Part shown: piece by piece, positions 20,907-30,587 of the stretch
Numbering within the stretch: the stretch's first letter is position 1
How the letters are laid out: every line of letters starts with the position of its first letter
Source of the DNA: a virus
DNA length: 64,000 nt
Reading direction: 5' to 3' (one strand)
IMG/VR virus record: IMGVR_UViG_3300029258_003681
Program-made: the position numbers and the translations under genes
Notes under the pieces: generated by a model
Told to the model about the DNA's origin: nothing
The model's input: the letters and a program-made list of their open reading frames with translations, nothing else
The model's database searches: none

Positions 20907-21872
20907 TTGATGGGTAGGCCAGTCCAGGAAGTGGAAAAAATTGACACATTGATGCATGAGGACTCAAGAGAGACGCACCCAGCGTTTGGTCAGATCCTCG
21001 TTTCCAAGCGTCAGCATGGCGGGAATTGCAGGCTCTACGGCACCCCGCTCGATTTTCATCCGACTACAGTGTGCATCACCGTCAAGCGATCCGAGCGTAT
21101 TCACGGGCTCTCCTATGACCGATACCATGGAAGACTCAGGGATCAGCTGATCGAGGTCGAGATGTCGGCGGCGCAGTTCACTGAGATGCTAATGGGGATG
21201 AACGAGGGGGACGGTATCCCCTGCACGATTCGTTCGACGGAAACCGAGCCGATGGTTCCTGGGATTCCTGATCATGACATGAACGAGGTCGAGCGGATCG
21301 AGGAGCAGTTCACGGCCGAAGTTGGGGAACTGAGCGCCAAAGTTGATGAGATGGAGAATCGTGCCAGGGATATCCTTTCGCAGCCTCGACTCAAGAAGGC
21401 GGATCGCCAGGAGTTGCTTGGGATCATTGGCCGCATTACGCAGTTTTACGGCAGCCACTCTCCGTTCGTGATGAAGCAATTCCGTGAGGCGGTGCAGAAG
21501 GGTGTCAATGTGGCGAAGCGTGAGCTGGACGCCTTCATTGGCGTAGTGGCGGCAGAGACGGGACTGGAGGCTCTTCGGAAGCTTTCGGTGCCTGATCAGA
21601 TACGAAAGTTGACAGGAAAAACGGTGGACGAGGAGGAGTAGATGCAGCTGAAGTGTCCACGATGTCGGAAGCGTATTTTGAGTTGGAAGATGATAGGTGG
21701 AATGCGTCTTCTTCATAGCTATAAGAATGGGAAGCTTTTCTATCAGGTTACGTGTTCCAAATGTGGCAGTTGGAAGATGAGTCAAAAGACCGAACAAAAG
21801 CTCCGAGCGAGAGCCGAGAGCATAGAACAACGCTGCAAATGCTGTGGTGTTAAGAAAGGAAAAAGAAGATGA
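20907..21872 (+). other. hypothetical coiled-coil CDS (20907..21641) and Zn-ribbon CDS (21642..21872)
   Basis: ORF track; CPRC, CSKC and CKCC motifs. Confidence 0.6.
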
Positions 21873-22669
21873 AGAGTGTACATCTGTTACTGATCGACCC
21901 TCAGTTTGACTTCTGTGACCCTGCGGGATCCCTCTGCGTTCCTGGTGCGGATCAGGACATGGATCGAGTGGCCGAGATGATCAGGCGGGTCGGCGGCAAG
22001 TTGGCGGATATCCATGTCACATTGGATCAGCATCATCTTCTGGATGTCGCCCATCCGCTGATGTGGCGCGACAAGGATGGCAACCCGCCACCTCCCTTCA
22101 CGATCATCACAGCGAAGGACATCGAGGAAGGAAACTGGACGCCAGTTCGTCCTTCTTTCACGCGCAAGATGATCGAGTATGCCAAGGGGTTGGAGTTTAG
22201 TGGACGCTATCCTCTTTGTATCTGGCCTCCGCACTGCTTGATCGGGACTCTTGGCGCGACGATGGTGGATTCGATTCGTGTGGCTCTTGATGCATGGGTC
22301 AACGACAGCCCAGCGATCGTGGACTTCGTGTCCAAGGGATCCAACATCTGGACCGAGCACTACTCGGGCGTGAAGGCCGAGGTTCCCGATCCTGGCGATC
22401 CGAGCACTCAGCTCAATACGCGGCTGATTCAGACGCTGGAGGAGGCCGACGAGATCCTGATTGCGGGAGAGGCGGGATCGCACTGCCTGGCGAACACGGT
22501 GCGGGATATCGCAGATGGTTTTTCCGACGACAGTCTCATTGCCAAGTTTGTGCTGATCACGGACGGCACGAGCCCCGTTCCTGGGTTCGAGAATTTGCAG
22601 GGCGATTTCATCACCGAGATGACGGGGCGTGGCATGAGGACGATCACGGCAGACGAGGTGTTGAGATAA
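21869..22669 (+). CDS. pncA: nicotinamidase / isochorismatase-family cysteine hydrolase
   Basis: LLLIDPQFDFC, TLDQHH, WPPHC, SKG..EHYS, GEAGSHC (Asp-Lys-Cys triad and metal ligands); adjacent pncB/nadE. Confidence 0.8.
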   Translation: MKSVHLLLIDPQFDFCDPAGSLCVPGADQDMDRVAEMIRRVGGKLADIHVTLDQHHLLDVAHPLMWRDKDGNPPPPFTIITAKDIEEGNWTPVRPSFTRKMIEYAKGLEFSGRYPLCIWPPHCLIGTLGATMVDSIRVALDAWVNDSPAIVDFVSKGSNIWTEHYSGVKAEVPDPGDPSTQLNTRLIQTLEEADEILIAGEAGSHCLANTVRDIADGFSDDSLIAKFVLITDGTSPVPGFENLQGDFITEMTGRGMRTITADEVLR

Positions 22670-22721
22670 GCGGTTGAAAACCAAGGACGGTTCCCGAGGG
22701 AGCCTTGTGAAAGGATGAAAG

Positions 22722-23477
22722 ATGCCAAAGTTGAATGATGACAGTTTGATGGAGGAGCGGACGCTCCCCAATGCTTCCTTCGGGTACAGCGCGACTCGAA
22801 TCGAGGAGCTAGGCGCAACAGAATACACGACGGTCGACCTGATCGTGGATGTGAGCGGCAGCGTGGATGCTTACGCGAAAGACATGGAGAAGGCGATCCA
22901 GGAGATCGTCAATGCCTGCAAACTCTCGCCACGGGCTGACAACCTGATGATCCGTTTCGTGACTTTCAACCAGCGGATGGCCGAAATTCACGGCTACAAG
23001 TTGCTGGAGAATTGCAACCTTTCCGACTACGACAATGTTCTCTCTTGCTACGGCGGGACGGCCCTGTTTGACGCGGCAGAGAACGCGGTTCTGTCGGCGG
23101 TCGACTATGCTAAGAGCCTCACCGACAACGACTTCGCGGTGAACAGCATCGTGTTTTTCCTCACGGACGGGGACGACAATAGCTCGGCGGTGAGCGCGAA
23201 CGCGGTGAAGATGGCCCTGGAAGAGGCGACTCGATCTGAGGCGACAGAGAGCATGGTGTCGATTCTGATCGGTGTCGGCGTGGGAGGATATGCTGACATA
23301 AGCAAGTTCCTGAAGAAGTTCGAGCAGGATGCGGAGCTGACTCAGTACGTCGAGACCAAGGATGCGAACGCGAAGACGCTGGCCAAGCTTGCCGAGTTTG
23401 TGAGCAAGTCAATCAGCGCGCAAAGTCAAGCGCTTGGAACAGGTGGGCCGTCGCAGCCCACTTCGTTGAGCATCTGA
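22722..23477 (+). CDS. vWA-domain protein (TerY-like)
   Basis: MIDAS motif DVSGS, GGTALFDA, FFLTDGDDNSS. Confidence 0.85.
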   Translation: MPKLNDDSLMEERTLPNASFGYSATRIEELGATEYTTVDLIVDVSGSVDAYAKDMEKAIQEIVNACKLSPRADNLMIRFVTFNQRMAEIHGYKLLENCNLSDYDNVLSCYGGTALFDAAENAVLSAVDYAKSLTDNDFAVNSIVFFLTDGDDNSSAVSANAVKMALEEATRSEATESMVSILIGVGVGGYADISKFLKKFEQDAELTQYVETKDANAKTLAKLAEFVSKSISAQSQALGTGGPSQPTSLSI

Positions 23478-24383
23478 TGGCCAAGAAAAAATACCAGCCT
23501 GAATTCACCGATCTGACCGCGATCACGCGAAACGCGGATCGGCAGAGGACTGTAGTGATCCTGGAGGACCCACACCGAGACAACCGCATGAAGTGGCTGG
23601 AATTCGGAGAGTGTCGGTTGCGTCGGATCGAGGGGCGTGAGCATGCCGAGTACGAGCTGCACGCGTTTCTGATGCGGGGGGTGACCGATGGCGAGCACGA
23701 CTCCGCGTGCGCTGTAAACCTGCCCCTGATCGGGGTGGAGTTCAGGGGGATCGAATACCAGCAGGCGACAATCACGGCGTTTGTGTCCCTGGAGGGTGGC
23801 GAGCCATATCCCAACTTCCGAGTGCCGAGGCCAGGGTACAATCCGATGGAGCAAGAGGATGCGGCGCCGTGCGACAGCAAGCACTGCAAGGACGATCCGC
23901 ACATCATCGTGTCCGATAGGTTCTATATGCCAGATTTCGATCCCGAGTTGTACGCGGCGGTTGCTGGGAGGCGCGTGAGGATCTCGATTGGTCCGAATCC
24001 GAATGAGAAGGAGGATGAGGTGCGGCGATTGACCAGGGAGATGATTTTCTTCAGGCATCTCGCAGGGGATATGGCGCTTGAAATCAGGGGGCTGAGAAGC
24101 ACCGAGCCTGACCCAGGCGTAGTCATCAAGCAGTACATACAGAGGGCTGCGGAGAGGGGTATTTTTCTCAACGGGAGAGATGAAGATGCAGACTAATTTG
24201 GTACAGATTGCTCGCTGCGAGGCTTTCGACATCGTTCCCACCGAGGATGATGCGGAGGATGTGCGGTGCTCGAACATGGGGGTGAGGATCTTGGAGACCA
24301 ACGAGTTCGGGCATCTACGACTGCGGTACGTTTGCAGGGATCACGGCTACGAGACGGGATTGGAGTACACCGATGCAAGCTGA
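23477..24383 (+). other. two hypothetical CDS (23477..24196, 24180..24383)
   Basis: ORF track; translationally coupled within the cluster. Confidence 0.55.
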
Positions 24384-25230
24384 TCACGCATTTACAATTG
24401 GGCATTCGCACAAGGTTTGTGAGGACTACGCGAGATCTGGTGTGACTCCTCCTTATTCGGGATGTTCGACTGCGTATGCTTTCGTGTCCGACGGATGTTC
24501 CGGTAGCAAGGACACGGATGTTGGCGCAAGAATTCTGGTTTCTGGAGTCGAGCAGAGTCTATTTGCAGGTCGACGGGTCAAGGCGACGGATGACATTTGT
24601 GCGATTATCTATTCCTGTGTTCCCGTGCAGCGGTTGTTGGGTCTTGATGAGGCGTGTCTGGATGCGACGCTTCTTGGGGTCTATGTTGACACCCGTATCA
24701 ATGTCTTTGGGATGGGTGACGGTGTGATCGCGTTCAAGATGCATTCTGGTGATCTGGTGGCGTTCGACATTCTTTCGCCATCTGGGTTCCCACTTTATCC
24801 GTCCTACTTCTTGAACCGCTCTCGTCTGATCGGCGTCCAGGAAGAGATGCGGCAGGATCCAGAGCGCGGGTGGCGCGTGGACTATATCCGCGAGAAGGGG
24901 GACACGATCGAACGCGAAGAGCGGTGCTTTTGGAGTAGGGGTCTGGATCTGTTTGTGCAGAGCTACTCGCGGGGCGACGAGGATCCAAGCTGCGTGGACG
25001 ATGACGATTTTATCGAGACAGTGGCGGTGTTTTCTGACGGGGTAGGCAGTTTTGTCGATGAGAACCGCCAGAGCGTGTCCCAGCTGGATGTGGTCCGCGA
25101 GCTGATGGCCTTCAAAGGCTACAAGGGGGAGTTTGTGAAGCGGCGACTCCAGGGCTTCCTGCGCGCGTGTGCGAAGCGCGGGTGGAAGCATGATGATGAT
25201 CTCTCGATGGGCGCGGTTTACTTGGGTTGA
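24373..25230 (+). CDS. PP2C-like protein phosphatase
   Basis: CEDY, FVSDGCSGS, GDG, VFSDG, HDDDLS metal-ligand motifs. Confidence 0.85.
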   Translation: MQADHAFTIGHSHKVCEDYARSGVTPPYSGCSTAYAFVSDGCSGSKDTDVGARILVSGVEQSLFAGRRVKATDDICAIIYSCVPVQRLLGLDEACLDATLLGVYVDTRINVFGMGDGVIAFKMHSGDLVAFDILSPSGFPLYPSYFLNRSRLIGVQEEMRQDPERGWRVDYIREKGDTIEREERCFWSRGLDLFVQSYSRGDEDPSCVDDDDFIETVAVFSDGVGSFVDENRQSVSQLDVVRELMAFKGYKGEFVKRRLQGFLRACAKRGWKHDDDLSMGAVYLG

Positions 25231-25254
25231 CAAACGCGCAGGAGTGCTTAGAGT
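25227..25254 (+). promoter_or_regulatory. sigma70-like promoter TTGACA-N16-TAGAGT
   Basis: TTGACAAACG motif upstream of pncB. Confidence 0.65.
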
Positions 25255-25295
25255 GTGTGCTGATGGCCGTCGAGATGACGGCAGGAGGAGACTAA

Positions 25296-26486
25296 ATGGC
25301 CACTGTTGACGATCCAATCATCACGAGTCTTTTAGACAACGATCTCTACAAATTCTCAATGCAGAATGCTGTGTTTCGGTTGTTCCCAGATGCTTGCGTG
25401 GAGTACAGCTTCATTGATCGGGGTCAGACGAAATGGAGTCCAATGGGAGAGAGCCTGAAGGATCAGATTCAGGCATATTGCGAACTCCAGTTCGCCGAGG
25501 CCGAGATTGATTTTCTCCGACGGAAGTGCCCTTATCTCTCGAAGCATTACCTGGAGTGGCTCCAGGGATATCGGCCCGATCCCGACGAGGTTTCCCTCAA
25601 ATGGGACGGTAGCCTTCGGAATCTGACTGTCCGTGGGCCATGGTATCGGACGATCCTCTGGGAGGTGCCTTTGATGGCTATGATCTCGGAGCAGTATTAT
25701 CGTTCGGATCCTCAGATGGATGGCAAGATCCTGGACCGCAGCCGAGACATCGAGAAAGCTCGTCGCATGGGGCGGATTGCTCCGTACTCAGACTTTGGGA
25801 CGCGGCGCAGGTTTTCGAGGGAGAATCACGAGCGTATTGTGCAGATCCACAAAAAGCACGGGGGCAGAAGATTTCAGGGGACCAGCAACGTCTGGATGGC
25901 GATGAAATATGACCTGGATCCCAGGGGGACGATGGCCCACGAATGGATCATGTTTCATGCGGCGGCCTACGGCTATCGGAGCGCGAATGAGATGGCTCTG
26001 CGAAATTGGTACGATGTCTACAAAGGGGAGCTGGGGATTGCCCTGACCGACACGTACACGTCGCTGCGGTTTTTCCGTGATATGGATGTTGACCTGGCGC
26101 AGATCTACGACGGCTTGAGGCACGATAGCGGTGATCCGATCGCGTTTGCATACGAGGCGGCTGATTTTTATATCGAGAACGGGATCCAGCCGAGTTCTAA
26201 GAAAATAGTATTTTCGGATGGGCTGACGGTTGATCGAGCTGAGGAGATTTACGAGGCTTGCAAGGGGGTGACGAAACCCTCTTTTGGAATTGGAACTCAT
26301 TTCACGAATGACCTTGGGGTGCCCGCGTTAAATATGGTCATCAAAATGACGAAGGCTTCCTTGGAGGGGGAGGACTATTTCATCCCGACGGTGAAATTGT
26401 CGGATGTTTCGGGCAAGCACACGGGATCCAAGGAGTCGGTGTATTCGTGCAAAATACAGCTGGGATTGGCTGAGACAGGAGTTTGA
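25296..26486 (+). CDS. pncB: nicotinate phosphoribosyltransferase
   Basis: SLLDNDLYKFSM, DFGTRRRFS, GTSNV, GTMAHEW, ALTDTY, RHDSGDP, FSDGL, FGIGT, VKLSD. Confidence 0.95.
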   Translation: MATVDDPIITSLLDNDLYKFSMQNAVFRLFPDACVEYSFIDRGQTKWSPMGESLKDQIQAYCELQFAEAEIDFLRRKCPYLSKHYLEWLQGYRPDPDEVSLKWDGSLRNLTVRGPWYRTILWEVPLMAMISEQYYRSDPQMDGKILDRSRDIEKARRMGRIAPYSDFGTRRRFSRENHERIVQIHKKHGGRRFQGTSNVWMAMKYDLDPRGTMAHEWIMFHAAAYGYRSANEMALRNWYDVYKGELGIALTDTYTSLRFFRDMDVDLAQIYDGLRHDSGDPIAFAYEAADFYIENGIQPSSKKIVFSDGLTVDRAEEIYEACKGVTKPSFGIGTHFTNDLGVPALNMVIKMTKASLEGEDYFIPTVKLSDVSGKHTGSKESVYSCKIQLGLAETGV

Positions 26487-26487
26487 T

Positions 26488-27309
26488 GTGAGGGAAGAAA
26501 TTGACAAAGTAGTAAAGTGGATCGGTGACTTTGTGGTTCAGGCTAAAGCTGACGGGGTTGTAGTTGGTCTGAGCGGTGGGGTGGATTCGGCGGTTGTGTG
26601 TGCTCTTGCGGTTGAGGCTCTAGGTGCTGAAAATGTGATTTGTCTTGCGATTCCGATCGAATCAGATCCCAGGGACATACTGGATGCCGAGCGTGTTTCC
26701 CAGCATCTTGGGATTGGAACGGTGTCGGTCTGCGATCTTGGCGCGGCATTCCAGGTGATGGCGATGACTCTTGACATGCGGTGCGGTTCGCGACGTGGGG
26801 ACGGTATTGGACCAGACACTGTGCGGACTTCCCGTTCGCTTTGCCTCGCAAATATGAAGGCTCGACTTCGGATGACGACTCTCTACAATGAGGCGGCGAT
26901 GTGCAACTATCTCGTGATCGGCACTGGCAACAAGAGTGAGTTGATGCTTGGCTACGTCACGAAATGGGGGGACAATGCTTGCGACTTTGAGCCTCTCGGT
27001 GAGTTTTACAAGACCGAGGTGGTCGAGATGGCTCGCGAGCTGGGATTACCAGAAGACATTTGCACGCGGGAGCCGAGTCCTGGCTTGGAGCTTGGGGTTA
27101 CCGATCGAGTAGAGCTTGGTGGCGGTTATGATGAGATTGACCCGATTCTTAAATTTATCGCGGGAGGGGGGCGTTGGGAGTCGTTCGTTGATTGTAACGA
27201 TGGGATTGGCTTTACGAAGGAGGACCAAGCGGATTACGAGCGGGTCCTGACTATGTACAGAAGGGCTGCGCACAAGAAGAAAATGCCGCCTATGTTCCAG
27301 AGGGGGTAG
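26488..27309 (+). CDS. nadE: NH3-dependent NAD+ synthetase
   Basis: VVGLSGGVDS, NMKARLRM, GTGNKSE, GYVTKWGD, KTEV, PSPGL; GTG start after AGGAG. Confidence 0.92.
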   Translation: MREEIDKVVKWIGDFVVQAKADGVVVGLSGGVDSAVVCALAVEALGAENVICLAIPIESDPRDILDAERVSQHLGIGTVSVCDLGAAFQVMAMTLDMRCGSRRGDGIGPDTVRTSRSLCLANMKARLRMTTLYNEAAMCNYLVIGTGNKSELMLGYVTKWGDNACDFEPLGEFYKTEVVEMARELGLPEDICTREPSPGLELGVTDRVELGGGYDEIDPILKFIAGGGRWESFVDCNDGIGFTKEDQADYERVLTMYRRAAHKKKMPPMFQRG

Positions 27310-27310
27310 A

Positions 27311-27499
27311 ATGAAGATCCAATTTGATATGGGAGAGGTTTTGTCTCTGTTACTCGAATACATTTTAATAGTGGACAATGAGAGATTCAGGAAATTTCTT
27401 CGTCTGAAGCTCAAGGAAAATGAATACCCAGAGACGGCAGCGCTGATCCTTGGGGCTGTCGAAGCAGCGGAATATAGAGATAAGGGGTTGTCGGGATGA
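27311..27499 (+). CDS. hypothetical protein
   Basis: ORF track, coupled to the kinase gene. Confidence 0.5.
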   Translation: MKIQFDMGEVLSLLLEYILIVDNERFRKFLRLKLKENEYPETAALILGAVEAAEYRDKGLSG

Positions 27500-29175
27500 A
27501 GCTGAAAATTGTAGGAGGGGGGCAAGTCAACCTGTCGAAGCGTGATTTTGTCGGCTCGGGCGGTGAGGGCAGCGTGTATGTACGGGGTGATACTGCTTAC
27601 AAGATTTACGCGAAGTCTGATCGCGTGATCCCCGAGGGGAAGCTTCGTGATTTGTCTGGCATCAAGAACCCGAACGTGATTCGTCCGTTGAATATGTTGA
27701 TGTCGCTCAAGAATAAGCCAGTCGGTTATACGATGAAATTCGTTCAGGGTGGTGTGCCGATTTGCCAGATGTTTACGAAGGCGTACAAAAAGCGCAATGG
27801 AATCGATCCTCAGATGGTTCTTGGGATTGTCCAGGATATGCAGGAGGGTCTTCGGAGTATTCATGCGGCGGATGTTCTTGTGGTGGATCTCAATGAGATG
27901 AATCTGCTTGTGAAATCTTCGGATGTTTTCTGGATCGATGTGGACAGCTACGAGACACGGAACTATCCAGCGACGGCGATCATGGATAGCATCAGAGACT
28001 GGCATGCCAATGGAAAGTGGTCTCGCGAGACGGACTGGTTTTCATGGGGGATTGTGAGTTTCCAGATGTTCATGGGGATTCATCCCTACAAGGGCAAACA
28101 TCAGTCTGTGAAAAAGATGCCAGATCGGATGAAGCAGAATCTCTCGGTTTTTAATCAGGAGGTCAAGGTTCCGAAGATGGTCCCGAGCTTTGATACGATT
28201 CCTGAGGCATATCGCCGCTGGTATCATGCGGTTTTTGAGGAGGGGCGTCGGGTGCCTCCTCCGAAGGATTTGGCTGCGGTGGTTGTGCTTGCGACGCCTC
28301 GTCAGATTTCGAGTACCGACAAGATTAAAATCTCGGAAATAAATTCGTTTGACATGGATGTCCTGCGGTACGCGAGATTAGGGGGGCTTGATCTTGTGGC
28401 GATGGATGGTGGCATTGTTTGCCTCACGAATGGGCGCGGAACGCCGATCACCCTGCGGGGAGATGGTCATTTTGGGCACACGGAGGCCAAGGCGCCCTTG
28501 TACGGCCGCTGGAAAGGTGGCGAGGCAATCCTGGTCGATCCACGAACAGGCGGCGCTGTGGGCCATCCTGTGCCCTGTCAGTCGATGATGGCGTATGAAG
28601 GACATTTTTATGTTCATCAAGGTGATAACATAATCGAAATGACAGCTAAGGAGGTGGGAGGTGCGACCATGCTTTTCCCACACCCAGTGGCGAATGTGAT
28701 GCCGAAGGCGACCCAGTTGTTTGACGGTGTGGCGATCCAGAACATGCTGGGGACCTGGTACGCTTCGGTGTTTCCTGCTTCGAAGCGCAGCTACCAGGTT
28801 CGTCTGGCTGATTTGGACGGCTACAGGGTGGTGGACGCCAAGCATGATCGTGGTGTGTTGATTGTGATCGGGACGAAGAATGGCCAGTACGACAAGTTCG
28901 TCTACCGCTTCGAGCGGGATTACACTCGGACGATCCTTTTCTGGAAGGACGAAGATGTGGTCTATTCGGGGGTCAATTTTGTGACTTTGGACAAGGGGGT
29001 GTGCGCGCATATTGATGAGGCTGAGGATCTTGTTTTGTTTGGCTCTTCGCCATCGGCGGATGGAGTAAAAAGGATCTCGGATCCAGTGCTCGGTGGGGAT
29101 ATGAGATTGTTTCGGCGAGACAATGATGTGGTCTTTGCGCGGGGCAAGCAATTGTTCAAACTGGCGACGAAGTGA
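27496..29175 (+). CDS. Ser/Thr protein kinase-like protein with long beta-rich C-terminal region
   Basis: GSGGEGSVY, AYKIY, VVDLNEMNLLV, WIDVDSY, TDWFSWGIVSFQMFMGIHPY. Confidence 0.85.
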   Translation: MKLKIVGGGQVNLSKRDFVGSGGEGSVYVRGDTAYKIYAKSDRVIPEGKLRDLSGIKNPNVIRPLNMLMSLKNKPVGYTMKFVQGGVPICQMFTKAYKKRNGIDPQMVLGIVQDMQEGLRSIHAADVLVVDLNEMNLLVKSSDVFWIDVDSYETRNYPATAIMDSIRDWHANGKWSRETDWFSWGIVSFQMFMGIHPYKGKHQSVKKMPDRMKQNLSVFNQEVKVPKMVPSFDTIPEAYRRWYHAVFEEGRRVPPPKDLAAVVVLATPRQISSTDKIKISEINSFDMDVLRYARLGGLDLVAMDGGIVCLTNGRGTPITLRGDGHFGHTEAKAPLYGRWKGGEAILVDPRTGGAVGHPVPCQSMMAYEGHFYVHQGDNIIEMTAKEVGGATMLFPHPVANVMPKATQLFDGVAIQNMLGTWYASVFPASKRSYQVRLADLDGYRVVDAKHDRGVLIVIGTKNGQYDKFVYRFERDYTRTILFWKDEDVVYSGVNFVTLDKGVCAHIDEAEDLVLFGSSPSADGVKRISDPVLGGDMRLFRRDNDVVFARGKQLFKLATK

Positions 29176-29178
29176 GCG

Positions 29179-29207
29179 TTGACAAACGGCACTGGGTTCG
29201 GCATTAT
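29179..29207 (+). promoter_or_regulatory. sigma70-like promoter TTGACA-N17-CATTAT
   Basis: TTGACAAACG motif immediately after the kinase stop. Confidence 0.75.
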
Positions 29208-29245
29208 ATGCGAGATGGCCGCGAGGATTGTGGCAGGAGGAGATT

Positions 29246-29578
29246 ATGGATACGAGGGATGAAGAACAGGGGCCACGTGAACTAAGAGTTTATCAGCGAT
29301 GCCAGGCTGATAGGAAGAGTTTTGCTATAGCTATCCCATCCTCGTCTGATTCAGGCACAGTTTACGAGATAAAGGGTTCGTTTATTCGAGGGGAGATTAG
29401 CTGTACTTGTCCAGGTTTTCAGTTTCGTGAGAACTGCAAACATCTCCGACTGGAGGTGACGGAGTGCGGATGGAGCGCATTGACGTCCCCAGAACCTCAG
29501 ACGATGGAGCAGAAGAAAGATCATATCTGCCCACTTTGCGGGAGTGCGACGGTTGATGCGGCCTCTGGAGATTTTTGA
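29246..29578 (+). CDS. SWIM zinc-finger protein
   Basis: CTCPGFQFRENCKH (CxC-xn-CxH). Confidence 0.8.
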   Translation: MDTRDEEQGPRELRVYQRCQADRKSFAIAIPSSSDSGTVYEIKGSFIRGEISCTCPGFQFRENCKHLRLEVTECGWSALTSPEPQTMEQKKDHICPLCGSATVDAASGDF

Positions 29579-29660
29579 CGACTGAACGATCTCTGGAGTA
29601 TAATGCCTTGTTTCAAGCTGGATGGTTTGGAATCGAGGCAGTGTTCGCCAGGAGGATAAG

Positions 29661-30500
29661 ATGAAGAAAGTGATAGTTTTGATTGCGATGGTCGTAATTT
29701 TAGGTATTGGCATGTTGGCAGCGGGGTTGTGTCCTCGCGTAGGGATAGTGGCAGCTGAACCAAAGGAGATAATTGAGGAAGTAGTTTTTTGTGGCACGGA
29801 TATTTTTGATGCGGATCCATATCCGATGACTGAGTGGAGGGGGCCAGTAGCGAAAAAAGCTCCGTCCTTCCCCAATGCGCACCAATTGAAGCTGATTGGT
29901 CGTCTGGCCGAAGGGATCGCCAAATATAAAGGGGGGAGTTGGTGGGAGTGCGGACGTGAGATGGTTCAGCAAGAGGAGATCGAGGATCGTGCGCTGTTCT
30001 ATGCATACGAAATTGTGAGAGCCGCTGATGAAGTCTCCGACCATGAAGAGAACGCCAAATTCACGCTGAATCCGTGGGGTCTTGCTGGGGTGATTCGTAA
30101 CGAATCCCAGTTTGATCGGTGTGCTTTGGGGACGCATCCACGGCGTACTGCGTATCGATTGGGTCTTCTCAAAAAGCAGAAGCGCTGCATTTCGCATACG
30201 GAGGAGGAGGTTCTTGCGGTAGTTCAAAACGAGGATATGAACACATATTTTAAGCGATCGGGCTTCGATCTTGGGACGGCGCAGTTGTTGTCACGGTTTT
30301 ATGCAGATCCCAAGGATTTCAAGGCGATGCTTTCTGTTCGTGGAAGCACGACAGAGGCTGCCTATGCCATGCGGAGGCGTGGTCGGATTTTCGGCACGAA
30401 GAGACCGTGGCTATATTGGCGTGGATATCATTGCCAATGGTATGATGATAAGATTTCTCGCTGGGCTAGGCAGTTGGGGGCATTGCGTGGCGAGATATGA
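29661..30500 (+). CDS. lysozyme-like / lytic transglycosylase-like protein with N-terminal signal anchor
   Basis: LAGVIRNESQFDRCA (catalytic ES) and DLGTAQL; hydrophobic N-terminus. Confidence 0.55.
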   Translation: MKKVIVLIAMVVILGIGMLAAGLCPRVGIVAAEPKEIIEEVVFCGTDIFDADPYPMTEWRGPVAKKAPSFPNAHQLKLIGRLAEGIAKYKGGSWWECGREMVQQEEIEDRALFYAYEIVRAADEVSDHEENAKFTLNPWGLAGVIRNESQFDRCALGTHPRRTAYRLGLLKKQKRCISHTEEEVLAVVQNEDMNTYFKRSGFDLGTAQLLSRFYADPKDFKAMLSVRGSTTEAAYAMRRRGRIFGTKRPWLYWRGYHCQWYDDKISRWARQLGALRGEI

Positions 30501-30587
30501 GTTTGCTACTCGACCATTTGTGGTCTGGTGCCCTCCTCCCAGTATTGATCACAGGCGGTCGAGTAGTTTTTTGTTGAAAGTGAAAAG

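Noticed and set aside
21869-29175. A NadD/NMN adenylyltransferase hidden among the small ORFs of the NAD cluster
   Set aside because: No (H/T)xGH nucleotidyltransferase motif in 23477..24196, 24180..24383 or 27311..27499.
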